IMG/VR virus record: IMGVR_UViG_3300025853_000046
Coordinates: 1 to 64,000 of that record
Reading direction: 5' to 3' (one strand)
DNA: 64,000 nt
DNA from: a virus
In this document: piece after piece, positions 7,861 to 16,340 of the stretch
Layout: each line of letters begins with the position of its first letter
Numbering within the stretch: the first letter of the stretch is position 1
The notes under the pieces: generated by a model
Told to the model about the DNA's origin: nothing
The model's input: the letters and a program-made list of their open reading frames with translations, nothing else
Databases searched by the model: none
Position numbers and translations under genes: made by a program

Positions 7861-8671
7861 GATTTTTGTAGGGAAACCGGGAACAGGAAAGACAACTAAT
7901 GCTAAAGCATCTATGGGTAAAACAAAATACATAGAATGCTATGCCAGCGATATACCAATTGAAGATGTATATTCTTGGCCTATGGAGATTGGCATTATTA
8001 TTGAAGATGCCCACTACAAAGCCGACAAGGAAAAAATTATGGATTTAATCTATTCCGGTAGACAAGTAGTGCTTACATCTGTTAATAAGAAAGATGTTCC
8101 TAAGTTAATTATTAACTCTTGTCAAGTTAAACTGTGCGGTAAAACCAACAGAAATCAATTAAGAATTAAGACCTTGTTTGCTAAAAACTGTGAACAAGTT
8201 AAGACATTTGAGGATAACATGTGGTCTATGACAAGTAACTACATTAAGATGAAAAACCGTGATGATTTTTACAAAGGTGTGCGTTTGCATGAACCACCAC
8301 CTATGCAGATATTATCATGGGCTTCAGCCTCAATGCCTAATAATAATAAATTAACCTTTGTAGCATCAACGCTACATAGATGGCCGAAGGACTATTTCTA
8401 TGCGCTATTGGCTTATTCTTGGGAGGGCGGTTATGTAACAATGACCCCACCTAAGAGAAAGTCGTCGAGTTTGTTTCCGGCTATATGTCTTAAGTTAGGA
8501 CTAAAGGAAACAGATGGCTACTTAGTTCGGAATCTTGTAAAGGATTCGGATTATGCTAAGTGGGCCGCTAAGAAATTACTACCTGAAGAATGTAAAGTTT
8601 TGGGTATAAAGAAAGAAAAGAAAAGAAGAACGACAACAAGAAAGATGAAAGGATTAGAGGAATATTTATGA
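7829..8671 (+). CDS. AAA+ ATPase, clamp-loader (RFC large subunit)-like
   Basis: Walker A GKPGTGKTT, Walker B IIIEDAH, basic tail and PIP-like C-terminus MKGLEEYL. Confidence 0.65.
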   Translation: MKKTEEKEKPKIFVGKPGTGKTTNAKASMGKTKYIECYASDIPIEDVYSWPMEIGIIIEDAHYKADKEKIMDLIYSGRQVVLTSVNKKDVPKLIINSCQVKLCGKTNRNQLRIKTLFAKNCEQVKTFEDNMWSMTSNYIKMKNRDDFYKGVRLHEPPPMQILSWASASMPNNNKLTFVASTLHRWPKDYFYALLAYSWEGGYVTMTPPKRKSSSLFPAICLKLGLKETDGYLVRNLVKDSDYAKWAAKKLLPEECKVLGIKKEKKRRTTTRKMKGLEEYL

Positions 8672-8820
8672 GAAAAGGAAAAGGAATGGCATTTACGAAA
8701 TGGGCTGGGGAAACGCTTAATAGGCTACCCTATAAGTTTCTTCGTGAATGTTACGAGAAAGATATGAATTTAGAAGAGGCGGTGATGGAGTATGAAAGAA
8801 GACATGAAGACTCTAATTGA
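8668..8820 (+). CDS. Small hypothetical protein (50 aa, not in ORF track)
   Basis: ATGA overlap with upstream gene; fills the gap. Confidence 0.45.
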   Translation: MRKGKGMAFTKWAGETLNRLPYKFLRECYEKDMNLEEAVMEYERRHEDSN

Positions 8821-8932
8821 ACTGACTAAGAAAATGGCAAACGAATTACATATTACAAATAAAATCGCAATAAGCGTTTCGATTGTAAATGTGATTACCC
8901 TTGTAGTAATTGCTTGGGGATTAATGAGGTGA
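8792..8932 (+). CDS. Small membrane protein (46 aa, not in ORF track)
   Basis: GGTGATGGAG upstream; hydrophobic stretch IAISVSIVNVITLVVIAWGL. Confidence 0.5.
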   Translation: MKEDMKTLIELTKKMANELHITNKIAISVSIVNVITLVVIAWGLMR

Positions 8933-8936
8933 GAAT

Positions 8937-9161
8937 ATGAAACAAATGAATGACTATGTGTTAATAAAAAATGAAAGAAGAACTACCACTGACAGTGGTA
9001 TTATATTGAATGCGAACCAAAATGGAGGAATTGTATATGATTCTCCTGTTGGTGATATGGTTGGAAGGTATGTCTATTACAAAAATGGATATACATTTCA
9101 CGATGAAGGGATAGAATATATTGCTATTAAATTAGAAGATGTAGTGGCGGTGAAAGGATGA
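8937..9161 (+). CDS. groES: GroES-like co-chaperonin
   Basis: MNDYVLIK..TTDSGIIL mobile loop; C-terminal YIAIKLEDVVAV; directly upstream of GroEL. Confidence 0.8.
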   Translation: MKQMNDYVLIKNERRTTTDSGIILNANQNGGIVYDSPVGDMVGRYVYYKNGYTFHDEGIEYIAIKLEDVVAVKG

Positions 9162-10699
9162 AGTCTATTTTATATGGAAATGAAGCGAGAGAAAAATTAA
9201 TCGAAGGGGTTAACGCAGTTGCTAATGCAGTTGGTGTGACTTTAGGCCCTGCAACTCGTAGTGTTATTATTGATAGAAGGGATGGCTTGCCTCCTTTGGT
9301 AGTTAATGATGGTGTAACTGTTGCAAAAAATATTATCCTTGAAGATAAAATGGCTAATGCAGGTGCTAAACTTGTCATCGAAGTTGCATCAAGAGCGCAA
9401 GAAAATGCCGGTGATGGAACTACAAGTTCGACAATCATGGCTCAATCTCTAATTGAAAATGGTAAAAATCTACTAAGTCAATATACAGGTGTTGCTATCC
9501 GTAGTGAACTCGAAAGACTGTGTGAAATAACATGTGAAGAATTGGATAATTTATCCTATAAGATTGAGGGTAGAGATATTTACCATGTAGCAAAAATCAG
9601 TGCAAACAATGATGAAAATATGGCTGAACTAATTTACTCAGCCGTAGAAAAAATAGGATACGATGGAGTTATCTCAGTTGAACCTTCACCTACGGGTGAG
9701 GACACTGTTTCTTTTATCGAGGGCTTTGAATGCGACAAGGGATATATTAACCCTGTTTTGACAAAAATATTCGGTGAAAGCAATACATTTGAAAAACCGT
9801 GGATACTAATTTCAAATGCAGATATTAATGACTTTGCTCAACTTATTCCTGCACTTGAATTCGCTAAGAAAAAGAACCGACCTTTGATTGTTCTATGCAC
9901 TTCTATTGGGGCAGTTGCACTAAATACATTTGTAATGAATCAAGTGAACGGGAATATCAACGCTTGTATTGTGCAAGCAGAAGACATTTCATTCTGGCAA
10001 ACTGAGAAGTTAAATGACTTAGCAATTTTTACAGGTGGTAAAATGGTTAACAAGGAATTAGATATGTCAATTGCTGATATTAATGCCTCATACTATGGAC
10101 AATGTAATAAGGCAATTATTTCATCTAAGAAGGCCGCATTCTTGGGCTTCATGGGTGATGATGATTTACTTTTAGAACGCCTTGATGAAATTGCTACTGA
10201 TGAATCTATGGCTGAAAACGAGTTCTATAAAAAGAAACACTCGGTTCGCTATGGAAAACTACAAGGTAATGCCGCAGTAATTGGAGTTAGTGGTATGTCG
10301 GAACAGGAGATGCAAAACAAATTAGAAAGAATTGACGATGCTTTGAATGCTACAAGGGCGGCTATTGCTGAAGGAGTTATCCGAGGTGCAGGTGTTGAAC
10401 TTTATAACTTGACTCCTTCGTTTAGTAATAGTAATGGACAATGTTTAGGTGTTGAAAAAGTTTTCTATGAAGCATTAAAGTCTCCTTTGAAAAAGATATA
10501 TTATAATATTAATGGAGATAGCATGGGTTCTCGATTTGATAATGACATTATGGAAGGACACTTTTACGACGGCAATACCAACACTTTCATACAAAATGGA
10601 GAAATTTTTGACCCTGTTCGAGTTGTAAAGTCTTCACTACGCTCGGCTGTTAGTGTAGCAGGTTATGTCTTAACAGCAAATTGTTTGATAGGTGAGTAG
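9158..10699 (+). CDS. groEL: Group I chaperonin GroEL
   Basis: VTLGP, NDGVTVAK, AGDGTTS, DKGY, ERIDDALNATRAA, DPVRVV; no GGM tail. Confidence 0.95.
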   Translation: MKSILYGNEAREKLIEGVNAVANAVGVTLGPATRSVIIDRRDGLPPLVVNDGVTVAKNIILEDKMANAGAKLVIEVASRAQENAGDGTTSSTIMAQSLIENGKNLLSQYTGVAIRSELERLCEITCEELDNLSYKIEGRDIYHVAKISANNDENMAELIYSAVEKIGYDGVISVEPSPTGEDTVSFIEGFECDKGYINPVLTKIFGESNTFEKPWILISNADINDFAQLIPALEFAKKKNRPLIVLCTSIGAVALNTFVMNQVNGNINACIVQAEDISFWQTEKLNDLAIFTGGKMVNKELDMSIADINASYYGQCNKAIISSKKAAFLGFMGDDDLLLERLDEIATDESMAENEFYKKKHSVRYGKLQGNAAVIGVSGMSEQEMQNKLERIDDALNATRAAIAEGVIRGAGVELYNLTPSFSNSNGQCLGVEKVFYEALKSPLKKIYYNINGDSMGSRFDNDIMEGHFYDGNTNTFIQNGEIFDPVRVVKSSLRSAVSVAGYVLTANCLIGE

Positions 10700-10701
10700 T
10701 A

Positions 10702-10911
10702 ATGGAGGGTGAACCATACTACTTTACAAATTTTACTTCGCATACCAAATACCCAAATACTCCGGAGACGGATATGATGGAAACAGTATTACATATTGTA
10801 AAATTTAAAATAAATGGAGAAGAAAAAACAGTCGAAGTGATGGCAACTGACCCATCAAATGCGATAAATATAGTAAGGAGAGATTTAAATGAATTGGACA
10901 GAAAAGTATAG
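10702..10911 (+). CDS. Hypothetical protein
   Basis: ORF between groEL and RFC with GGTGA SD. Confidence 0.55.
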   Translation: MEGEPYYFTNFTSHTKYPNTPETDMMETVLHIVKFKINGEEKTVEVMATDPSNAINIVRRDLNELDRKV

Positions 10912-11794
10912 ACCGAATGTAATAGGAGATTTGATTGGACAACATAAGTTTGTTGCTGATGCAGAAACATGGATAAGTAAAGGTGATTTACCACCAGTTC
11001 TTATGTATGGAGTTCCGGGGATTGGTAAAACAACTGCGGCACATGTATTAGCAAATACATTCTTAGGTGAAGATAAATCAACAGACTTCTTGGAAATAAA
11101 TGCGAGTCAAGACCGTAAATTAGAAACAGTGAGACAGACAATTACAAACTTTGTCAATACTCGCTCAGTGTCTAATAATAATTTCAAGATTTGTTTTCTT
11201 GATGAATTAGAAGGGATGACTCGTGATTCACAGCGAGCATTGAAAAGAGTTATGGAACGGGCTACAAATGTTCGCTTCATCATAGCATGTAATGACCCAT
11301 ATGCTGTTGATGATGCTATCCGTTCCCGTTGTGCTAATTATTTCTTTCAACCGATACCTGAAGATATTCAGATTACTCGTTTGATGGAAATTGTTGTCGA
11401 AAATAATGTAGATTTTACTGAAGAAAATGCTCGCAAAATTGTAGATATATGCGGGGGAGATATGCGTCGTGCAATTAATGAATTACAGGCGTGTATTTAT
11501 TCTGGAAAAACTCCAGATAATCTACTGAATGAACACATGGGGCCTTACAAAAATTGTTTAAAACAACTTCTTGATAAGAACCCCGACGCTTTAGACTTTT
11601 TACAGCGGCTTGTTTTTGCAGGTCATACTGTAAAAGATATATGCGGTAAACTCCTACAATGTGTTTTAGATATGGAATTATCTTCTACCGAGAAGTTTAA
11701 GGTAGTAGGTGCAGTAGGAGAAATGGAATGGAGAAGCAGAAGTGTAACTCCTAAAGTGCTTGTGGCTTGGTTCACAGCACAGTTTATGAAATAA
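10889..11794 (+). CDS. rfcS: Replication factor C small subunit (clamp loader)
   Basis: WTEKYRP, GVPGIGKTT, LEINAS, LDELEGM, SRC, GDMRRAINELQ. Confidence 0.95.
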   Translation: MNWTEKYRPNVIGDLIGQHKFVADAETWISKGDLPPVLMYGVPGIGKTTAAHVLANTFLGEDKSTDFLEINASQDRKLETVRQTITNFVNTRSVSNNNFKICFLDELEGMTRDSQRALKRVMERATNVRFIIACNDPYAVDDAIRSRCANYFFQPIPEDIQITRLMEIVVENNVDFTEENARKIVDICGGDMRRAINELQACIYSGKTPDNLLNEHMGPYKNCLKQLLDKNPDALDFLQRLVFAGHTVKDICGKLLQCVLDMELSSTEKFKVVGAVGEMEWRSRSVTPKVLVAWFTAQFMK

Positions 11795-11822
11795 GGAAAA
11801 AAATAATAAGGAAAGTGAAAAT

Positions 11823-13061
11823 ATGATTGAAAGAGTAGAAAAAGAACTGAACAGTTTAGCGACCCGACTAAGTATTGAAGTCGGTGAAATGAATGAAAAA
11901 TATACAGAGATTGGTAACAGCAATAATCTCGATTTGGAGGATGAGCGACAACAACTTGTTGCTTTGACTTTGACTCGAAATTATGTTCGTGGTCGTCTTG
12001 CATCAAATCGAACAGCCTCAAAAGGATTTGGAGATTCTGGAACAGGATTCTTCATTGGAATTGAACCTGCCCGTGATGTAATGGAATGGAAAAGAAAGAG
12101 CGTGATGAGCAAATACAATAGTGATTCTTCACAGGCTTTAAATGATGAAATTGTTGCAGAGGTTACAATGACTGATGCTGGGTATGAAAAGACTCAAAAG
12201 AAAAACGGAGAATGGGATACGAGAATTATTCCTCAACTTCCTGCATCTGCAATTGAAGTCAATGAAACTACTTGGGTGGTTCCGGTAGACCCTGTAAAGT
12301 CTTGGGCATCCGGTGATGTTAATAAGAACTATGGAAAGCCTTTACCTAAAGAAGAGTTTAAATTACGAGCACACTTTGTTGGTATGAAAGAAGATGGAGA
12401 TGTTCAACTTTGGACACTTCAACTTAAGAACGACCAAGCAAAGAACTTCAATGTTGAGACTTTCCGTTGGACTACTATTTTTGGTTTGTTCAATGATGAG
12501 CGAAACGCTATCTATGGTATTCGAGGAAAAACACTTGAGAGTTTAAATTACATTGATGTTCTTGATGAAGAAGACCCTCGATGGATTGATACTTCTGGTG
12601 ATTCTATGGAAGACTTGTTGGTTGAACACATGGCAGAATATGTTGCTGATTTGATTGAATTAGAATCTTACCACGAACTAATTTCTCAACAACAAGGTTT
12701 GCGCCTTGTAGTTACTGATGGAATTGTTACGAGTATGAATCTTACTCCTAATGAGCGAAGTGGAAACCGTGTAATGTGGGTTGAACCTGTTGATGCTAAT
12801 TATGGATTCGATGAAGACGATATTCCTGAATCTACCCCAATTTGGGTTCCTTCACATTTGGATATTAACTTTGGTGTTGGTTCTGATGTTGTAGTAGTTG
12901 GTCGAACAAACCAAACTCAAAAGAAGGATGAAAATGGAATGCCTCTCGATGGAGAATATAACCCTGTTACAATTAACTTGTATGGTGTTTATGCTCGAAC
13001 TGCAACGGGTGTAGTTGTAGAAGATGTAGAGGAAGACGGCGAATCTATGGAGTACTGGTGA
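11823..13061 (+). CDS. Probable RPA-like/OB-fold ssDNA-binding protein
   Basis: Beta-rich acidic protein in the replication cluster; C-terminal OB-like segment (GIVTSMNL...FGVGSDVVVVGRT) and acidic tail. Confidence 0.5.
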   Translation: MIERVEKELNSLATRLSIEVGEMNEKYTEIGNSNNLDLEDERQQLVALTLTRNYVRGRLASNRTASKGFGDSGTGFFIGIEPARDVMEWKRKSVMSKYNSDSSQALNDEIVAEVTMTDAGYEKTQKKNGEWDTRIIPQLPASAIEVNETTWVVPVDPVKSWASGDVNKNYGKPLPKEEFKLRAHFVGMKEDGDVQLWTLQLKNDQAKNFNVETFRWTTIFGLFNDERNAIYGIRGKTLESLNYIDVLDEEDPRWIDTSGDSMEDLLVEHMAEYVADLIELESYHELISQQQGLRLVVTDGIVTSMNLTPNERSGNRVMWVEPVDANYGFDEDDIPESTPIWVPSHLDINFGVGSDVVVVGRTNQTQKKDENGMPLDGEYNPVTINLYGVYARTATGVVVEDVEEDGESMEYW

Positions 13062-13066
13062 TTTAA

Positions 13067-13222
13067 ATGAATTATAATAAAATTGGTTTAATTACAAGTG
13101 TTGTCTCAATTTTACTGAGTATCGGTATTTATTCCGCTTACGATGAAAACTTGGGTATCTTCGTTGGCCTGTGGGCTTCAACATTGTTGTTGCTTTCAGA
13201 TAAGGTTGAAGATATGCTGTGA
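13067..13222 (+). CDS. Small two-helix membrane protein (51 aa, not in ORF track)
   Basis: GGTGA SD; MNYNKIGLITSVVSILLSIGIYSAYDENLGIFVGLWASTLLLLSDKVEDML. Confidence 0.6.
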   Translation: MNYNKIGLITSVVSILLSIGIYSAYDENLGIFVGLWASTLLLLSDKVEDML

Positions 13223-13229
13223 TTTCATG

Positions 13230-13292
13230 GTATCAACTTCCGTGTAAATGTTGGCGGGTGAATGACATTCAAATAGGTGCGAAGCCTATACT
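13230..13292 (+). ncRNA. Candidate structured intergenic RNA element
   Basis: GC-richer intergenic island. Hairpin ATAGG-TGCGAAG-CCTAT with a T-loop-like 7-nt loop, plus stem AATGTT/GACATT. Confidence 0.3.
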
Positions 13293-13307
13293 TTAAAAGG
13301 TGATATA

Positions 13308-13496
13308 ATGATAATTAAAATGAATGAAATACTACTAGACCTCGAAGAGGTAGAAACAATAGAATGGAAAGAAGACGATGACGAATACGACAGATACAGT
13401 GTTCGGTTTCACATGAAAAGCGGTAAAATGTTCACACGCTTAGTGCATGAAAAACAACTAAAAATATTAAGTGAACAATTTAAGGAGGAAGAATAA
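13308..13496 (+). CDS. Hypothetical protein
   Basis: AGGTGAT SD; coupled to the ATPase gene. Confidence 0.65.
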   Translation: MIIKMNEILLDLEEVETIEWKEDDDEYDRYSVRFHMKSGKMFTRLVHEKQLKILSEQFKEEE

Positions 13497-14404
13497 TGAG
13501 TTTGAAAGGAAAAGGAAAGGCGAGTAATCTCGTAAAGAATGCAAAAGAAGAAGATAACCTAACAGCGTTTGCTAATGCTAAGGCGAAAGCCTTTAATCAG
13601 CGAAAGCGACTGTTAGAGAATAATGCGGCATTTATGCTGTGTGGAATTAGTGGAGACCCCGGAACTGGAAAGACCGGAATAGCAATTGATTGTAGAACTG
13701 ATGAAGAAAAAGAAACCCATTGGGTTTTTATTCTCGACTTTGATGAAGGTGCAGAACCAACATGGAGGCAACATTGGTCGAGTGATGATAAAGTTTTCAT
13801 CTATAATCCCCATGTCTATAAAGAAGATATGACAGTGGATTATTTGGCTACTGCTGACATGGCTCGTTTCTTTATGGGAATGGTTAAAGAAGCAATTGAA
13901 TCAAAGAAGATTGAATTTGGTGAAGAAGTTATTGAAGTTGAAGGTGTAAAGGCTATTGTTTTCGATGGTCTTGATACTTGGCTTGATACAACAAATATGA
14001 TTGCACGACAAAATCACATTAAAGGTGGAGACCCTCGTTTGGCTGATAAAGTTAAAATGGTTCCGACTCAGTGGTTTGCTCGAACCCAAGAATATCAAAG
14101 GCTTTTCAAAGCCGCTTGTCAATTGGAATGCCACAAGTTTTTCATTACACATATGAAAGAAGTGCATGATGGGTTTGAAGTAGTTGGACAAAAGCCTGAT
14201 TGGGAAAAGTCTACTACTGCAAAGTTGTTTCAACACATTCACACATACCGTGAAGAAAGAAACAATACAACAAAATTACACGCTAAGGTGCTCAAGTCAA
14301 AGACCAATGCAAACAACGAGGGTCAAACCTTTATGTTGTTTGAAAACAACAAAGGTAAAGTTACTTGGAATGGTATGACACCAATCAAGGAAAACGACCT
14401 TTAA
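13496..14404 (+). CDS. RecA/RadA/Sak4-like P-loop ATPase (recombination)
   Basis: Walker A GDPGTGKTG, ILDFDEG, Walker B AIVFDGLD, FITH, KS.K arginine-finger-like region. Confidence 0.75.
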   Translation: MSLKGKGKASNLVKNAKEEDNLTAFANAKAKAFNQRKRLLENNAAFMLCGISGDPGTGKTGIAIDCRTDEEKETHWVFILDFDEGAEPTWRQHWSSDDKVFIYNPHVYKEDMTVDYLATADMARFFMGMVKEAIESKKIEFGEEVIEVEGVKAIVFDGLDTWLDTTNMIARQNHIKGGDPRLADKVKMVPTQWFARTQEYQRLFKAACQLECHKFFITHMKEVHDGFEVVGQKPDWEKSTTAKLFQHIHTYREERNNTTKLHAKVLKSKTNANNEGQTFMLFENNKGKVTWNGMTPIKENDL

Positions 14405-14465
14405 GTGTAATTGGTTTTTGTTATAGGGGTGCTGTTATGTTATGTTATATTATGGAGGAATTTAA

Positions 14466-15239
14466 ATGAAATTTAGAATGAATGGAAAAGAATTGAAAGA
14501 AGCAATAAATATTTGTAGACTACGAGGTAAATACAATGAAGGCATGGGGAATAAGAATAGTATTCTTTCCGACGATATTTTTATCGAAGTGGAAGATAAT
14601 GTTGTATATATCCAAAATGCCAACAATTATACTTATGTAGTTTATAGATATACAGATGAAGAGGCTCAAAGCGGTATGGTTAGTTTATCAGGTTCAACAC
14701 TTGAGAAATATCTTACTGATACCGAAGTAGTCTTTATGAGCGATGAAGGTAGAATACAAGTGGCTTCAGGTAATAGTGTAGTAACTTTACCTGTATTGGG
14801 TAGGCATAATGATTTAAATGTCATATACCGCCTTAAGTCTAAACTTAGAAATCTCGACAGAAGAACAATCAAAAGAATGTTTAGAAACGAAGAAGATATT
14901 ATGGTGACTGATACTTTGTCCTTGAAAACTCTACTTGATGTAGAGTCAGACGAATTATCAGAGGCTATGGCTATCGCTGAGAAAGTTGGTAATTCTATTT
15001 ACAGAATGGAATGGAATGGTGAGAAATTGATTATAGGTTCGAGTAAAAATATTGAAAGTGTTAAAACTGAAATAGATGCTATTGGTGGAAAGAGAAAGGC
15101 TACGGTTGAAATCTCTTTACCTATTGCCAATATTATCAGTAAAGAACCAGAGGTAGTTATATTATATGATGACGAAAGACCTGTTATCTTTGCCAATGAA
15201 AAGATTACGGTGTTAAGAGCACCACGAGTGGGGAATTAA
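14466..15239 (+). CDS. DNA sliding clamp (PCNA-like)
   Basis: 257 aa, two-domain alpha/beta pattern, C-terminal DERPVIF...LRAPR as in PCNA; co-occurs with RFC and PIP-box PolB. Confidence 0.7.
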   Translation: MKFRMNGKELKEAINICRLRGKYNEGMGNKNSILSDDIFIEVEDNVVYIQNANNYTYVVYRYTDEEAQSGMVSLSGSTLEKYLTDTEVVFMSDEGRIQVASGNSVVTLPVLGRHNDLNVIYRLKSKLRNLDRRTIKRMFRNEEDIMVTDTLSLKTLLDVESDELSEAMAIAEKVGNSIYRMEWNGEKLIIGSSKNIESVKTEIDAIGGKRKATVEISLPIANIISKEPEVVILYDDERPVIFANEKITVLRAPRVGN

Positions 15240-15240
15240 A

Positions 15241-15441
15241 ATGGATGAAATAATAGATACAGTAAGATTATTAGATGCGAGAATACAACAATTATTACAA
15301 AGTAAGAATATGGATGAAGGACAGTTTCTTAGAATGTATGCTAAGAGTAAGTCTGTTCAAATTGCATTTGCTATGGGTAGTCGTAGTATGGCTACAAAGA
15401 TGGCCGATAGTATATTAAAACAAATGGAGGAAGAAGAATGA
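15241..15441 (+). CDS. Hypothetical protein
   Basis: ORF in operon. Confidence 0.55.
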   Translation: MDEIIDTVRLLDARIQQLLQSKNMDEGQFLRMYAKSKSVQIAFAMGSRSMATKMADSILKQMEEEE

Positions 15442-15671
15442 GCAATAAGAGAAATAACACAGACCAATATCCAAAACCTGTTCAAATAATAATAGATAAA
15501 GAATTGATGAAAGTTCTCCCCTCAATACTAAGTGCGTGGAAAAGAGTGCAAAATCAAGTTAGGATTCACCATAGGGTGCATTATATCGAACCTTCTGTTT
15601 GGAATGATAACGAACTTGCAGATTGGATTATACAAGAAATAGAATTGGGTGAGAAGAATGAGAGCAGATGA
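15438..15671 (+). CDS. Hypothetical protein
   Basis: GGAGG SD, ATGA overlap. Confidence 0.55.
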   Translation: MSNKRNNTDQYPKPVQIIIDKELMKVLPSILSAWKRVQNQVRIHHRVHYIEPSVWNDNELADWIIQEIELGEKNESR

Positions 15672-15921
15672 AGCAAGAAAGACAGTTGAAGAAACAGAAC
15701 AATACCAAGAGGAAGAAAGATTAATTATCGAAGAAGGTGAACGCTGTATAAAAAGGGCCATAAAAGATGGAAGAATGAAATGTAGTTCAGGACTTCACTT
15801 TCAGAATCAACATCATTGGGATTCTATTATTAGATACTGGAAGGGTTTAGGTTACAAGATAGAATGGAATATTGGAGGGGGCTACAATCCTTCTCGATAC
15901 CCAAGCGGTTTAAGTTGGTGA
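15649..15921 (+). CDS. Hypothetical protein
   Basis: ORF in operon. Confidence 0.55.
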   Translation: MRRMRADEARKTVEETEQYQEEERLIIEEGERCIKRAIKDGRMKCSSGLHFQNQHHWDSIIRYWKGLGYKIEWNIGGGYNPSRYPSGLSW

Positions 15922-15927
15922 AGAAGA

Positions 15928-16167
15928 ATGAGTAAATACGAAGAACAGGTAATTAAAAAGATTCGTGAAAGAGCCGAAGTGGGTAAGAATAAATACGGCG
16001 TTACAATGGAACGCACTGATTTAAACACACTTGAATGGCTTGTTCATTTACAAGAAGAACTAATGGATGCGGCTGTATATGTTGAAAGACTAATGAGAGA
16101 CTTTGAGAGATTGAAGTTAGCCGCTAAATATGGTGAAGAATTTGCAGACTTAATGGAGGAAGTTTAA
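15928..16167 (+). CDS. MazG-like all-alpha NTP pyrophosphohydrolase-like protein
   Basis: GKNKYGVT...WLVHLQEELMDAAVY (EExxD motif). Confidence 0.65.
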   Translation: MSKYEEQVIKKIRERAEVGKNKYGVTMERTDLNTLEWLVHLQEELMDAAVYVERLMRDFERLKLAAKYGEEFADLMEEV

Positions 16168-16340
16168 TGAAAATTAATATTAACGGACACATTGAAGTCG
16201 GTGAGGAATGGGAAGATACTAATTATTTGCGAGAGCATTTAGAGTATTTGTTTATGGAATACCTTCAAGGTGAAGGAATAAGTTTTAAGATTAATGAATG
16301 GATAGTGATTGATAATGATAATAGACACAATGGGGAGTAA
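16167..16340 (+). CDS. Small hypothetical protein (57 aa, not in ORF track)
   Basis: GGAGG SD, TAATG overlap, fills the gap before polB. Confidence 0.45.
   Translation: MKININGHIEVGEEWEDTNYLREHLEYLFMEYLQGEGISFKINEWIVIDNDNRHNGE

Noticed and set aside
10702-10911. VKFKINGEEKTVEV resembles the start of ThiS/beta-grasp proteins; considered as the missing Ubl
   Set aside because: No C-terminal GG, too short after the hairpin for a beta-grasp fold, and far from the E1/JAB genes
13230-13300. tRNA or twister/hammerhead ribozyme call for the structured intergenic region
   Set aside because: No acceptor stem or anticodon arm. The GU-NNN-AAGC loop resembles twister L4, but the P1 and pseudoknot partners are not in the required order, and there is no CUGAUGA/GAAA core.
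14405-14465. Short GTTAT tandem (tgttatgttatgttatattat) upstream of PCNA; considered as origin iterons or operator
   Set aside because: Only 3-4 units of 5 bp in AT-rich DNA; cannot be distinguished from chance
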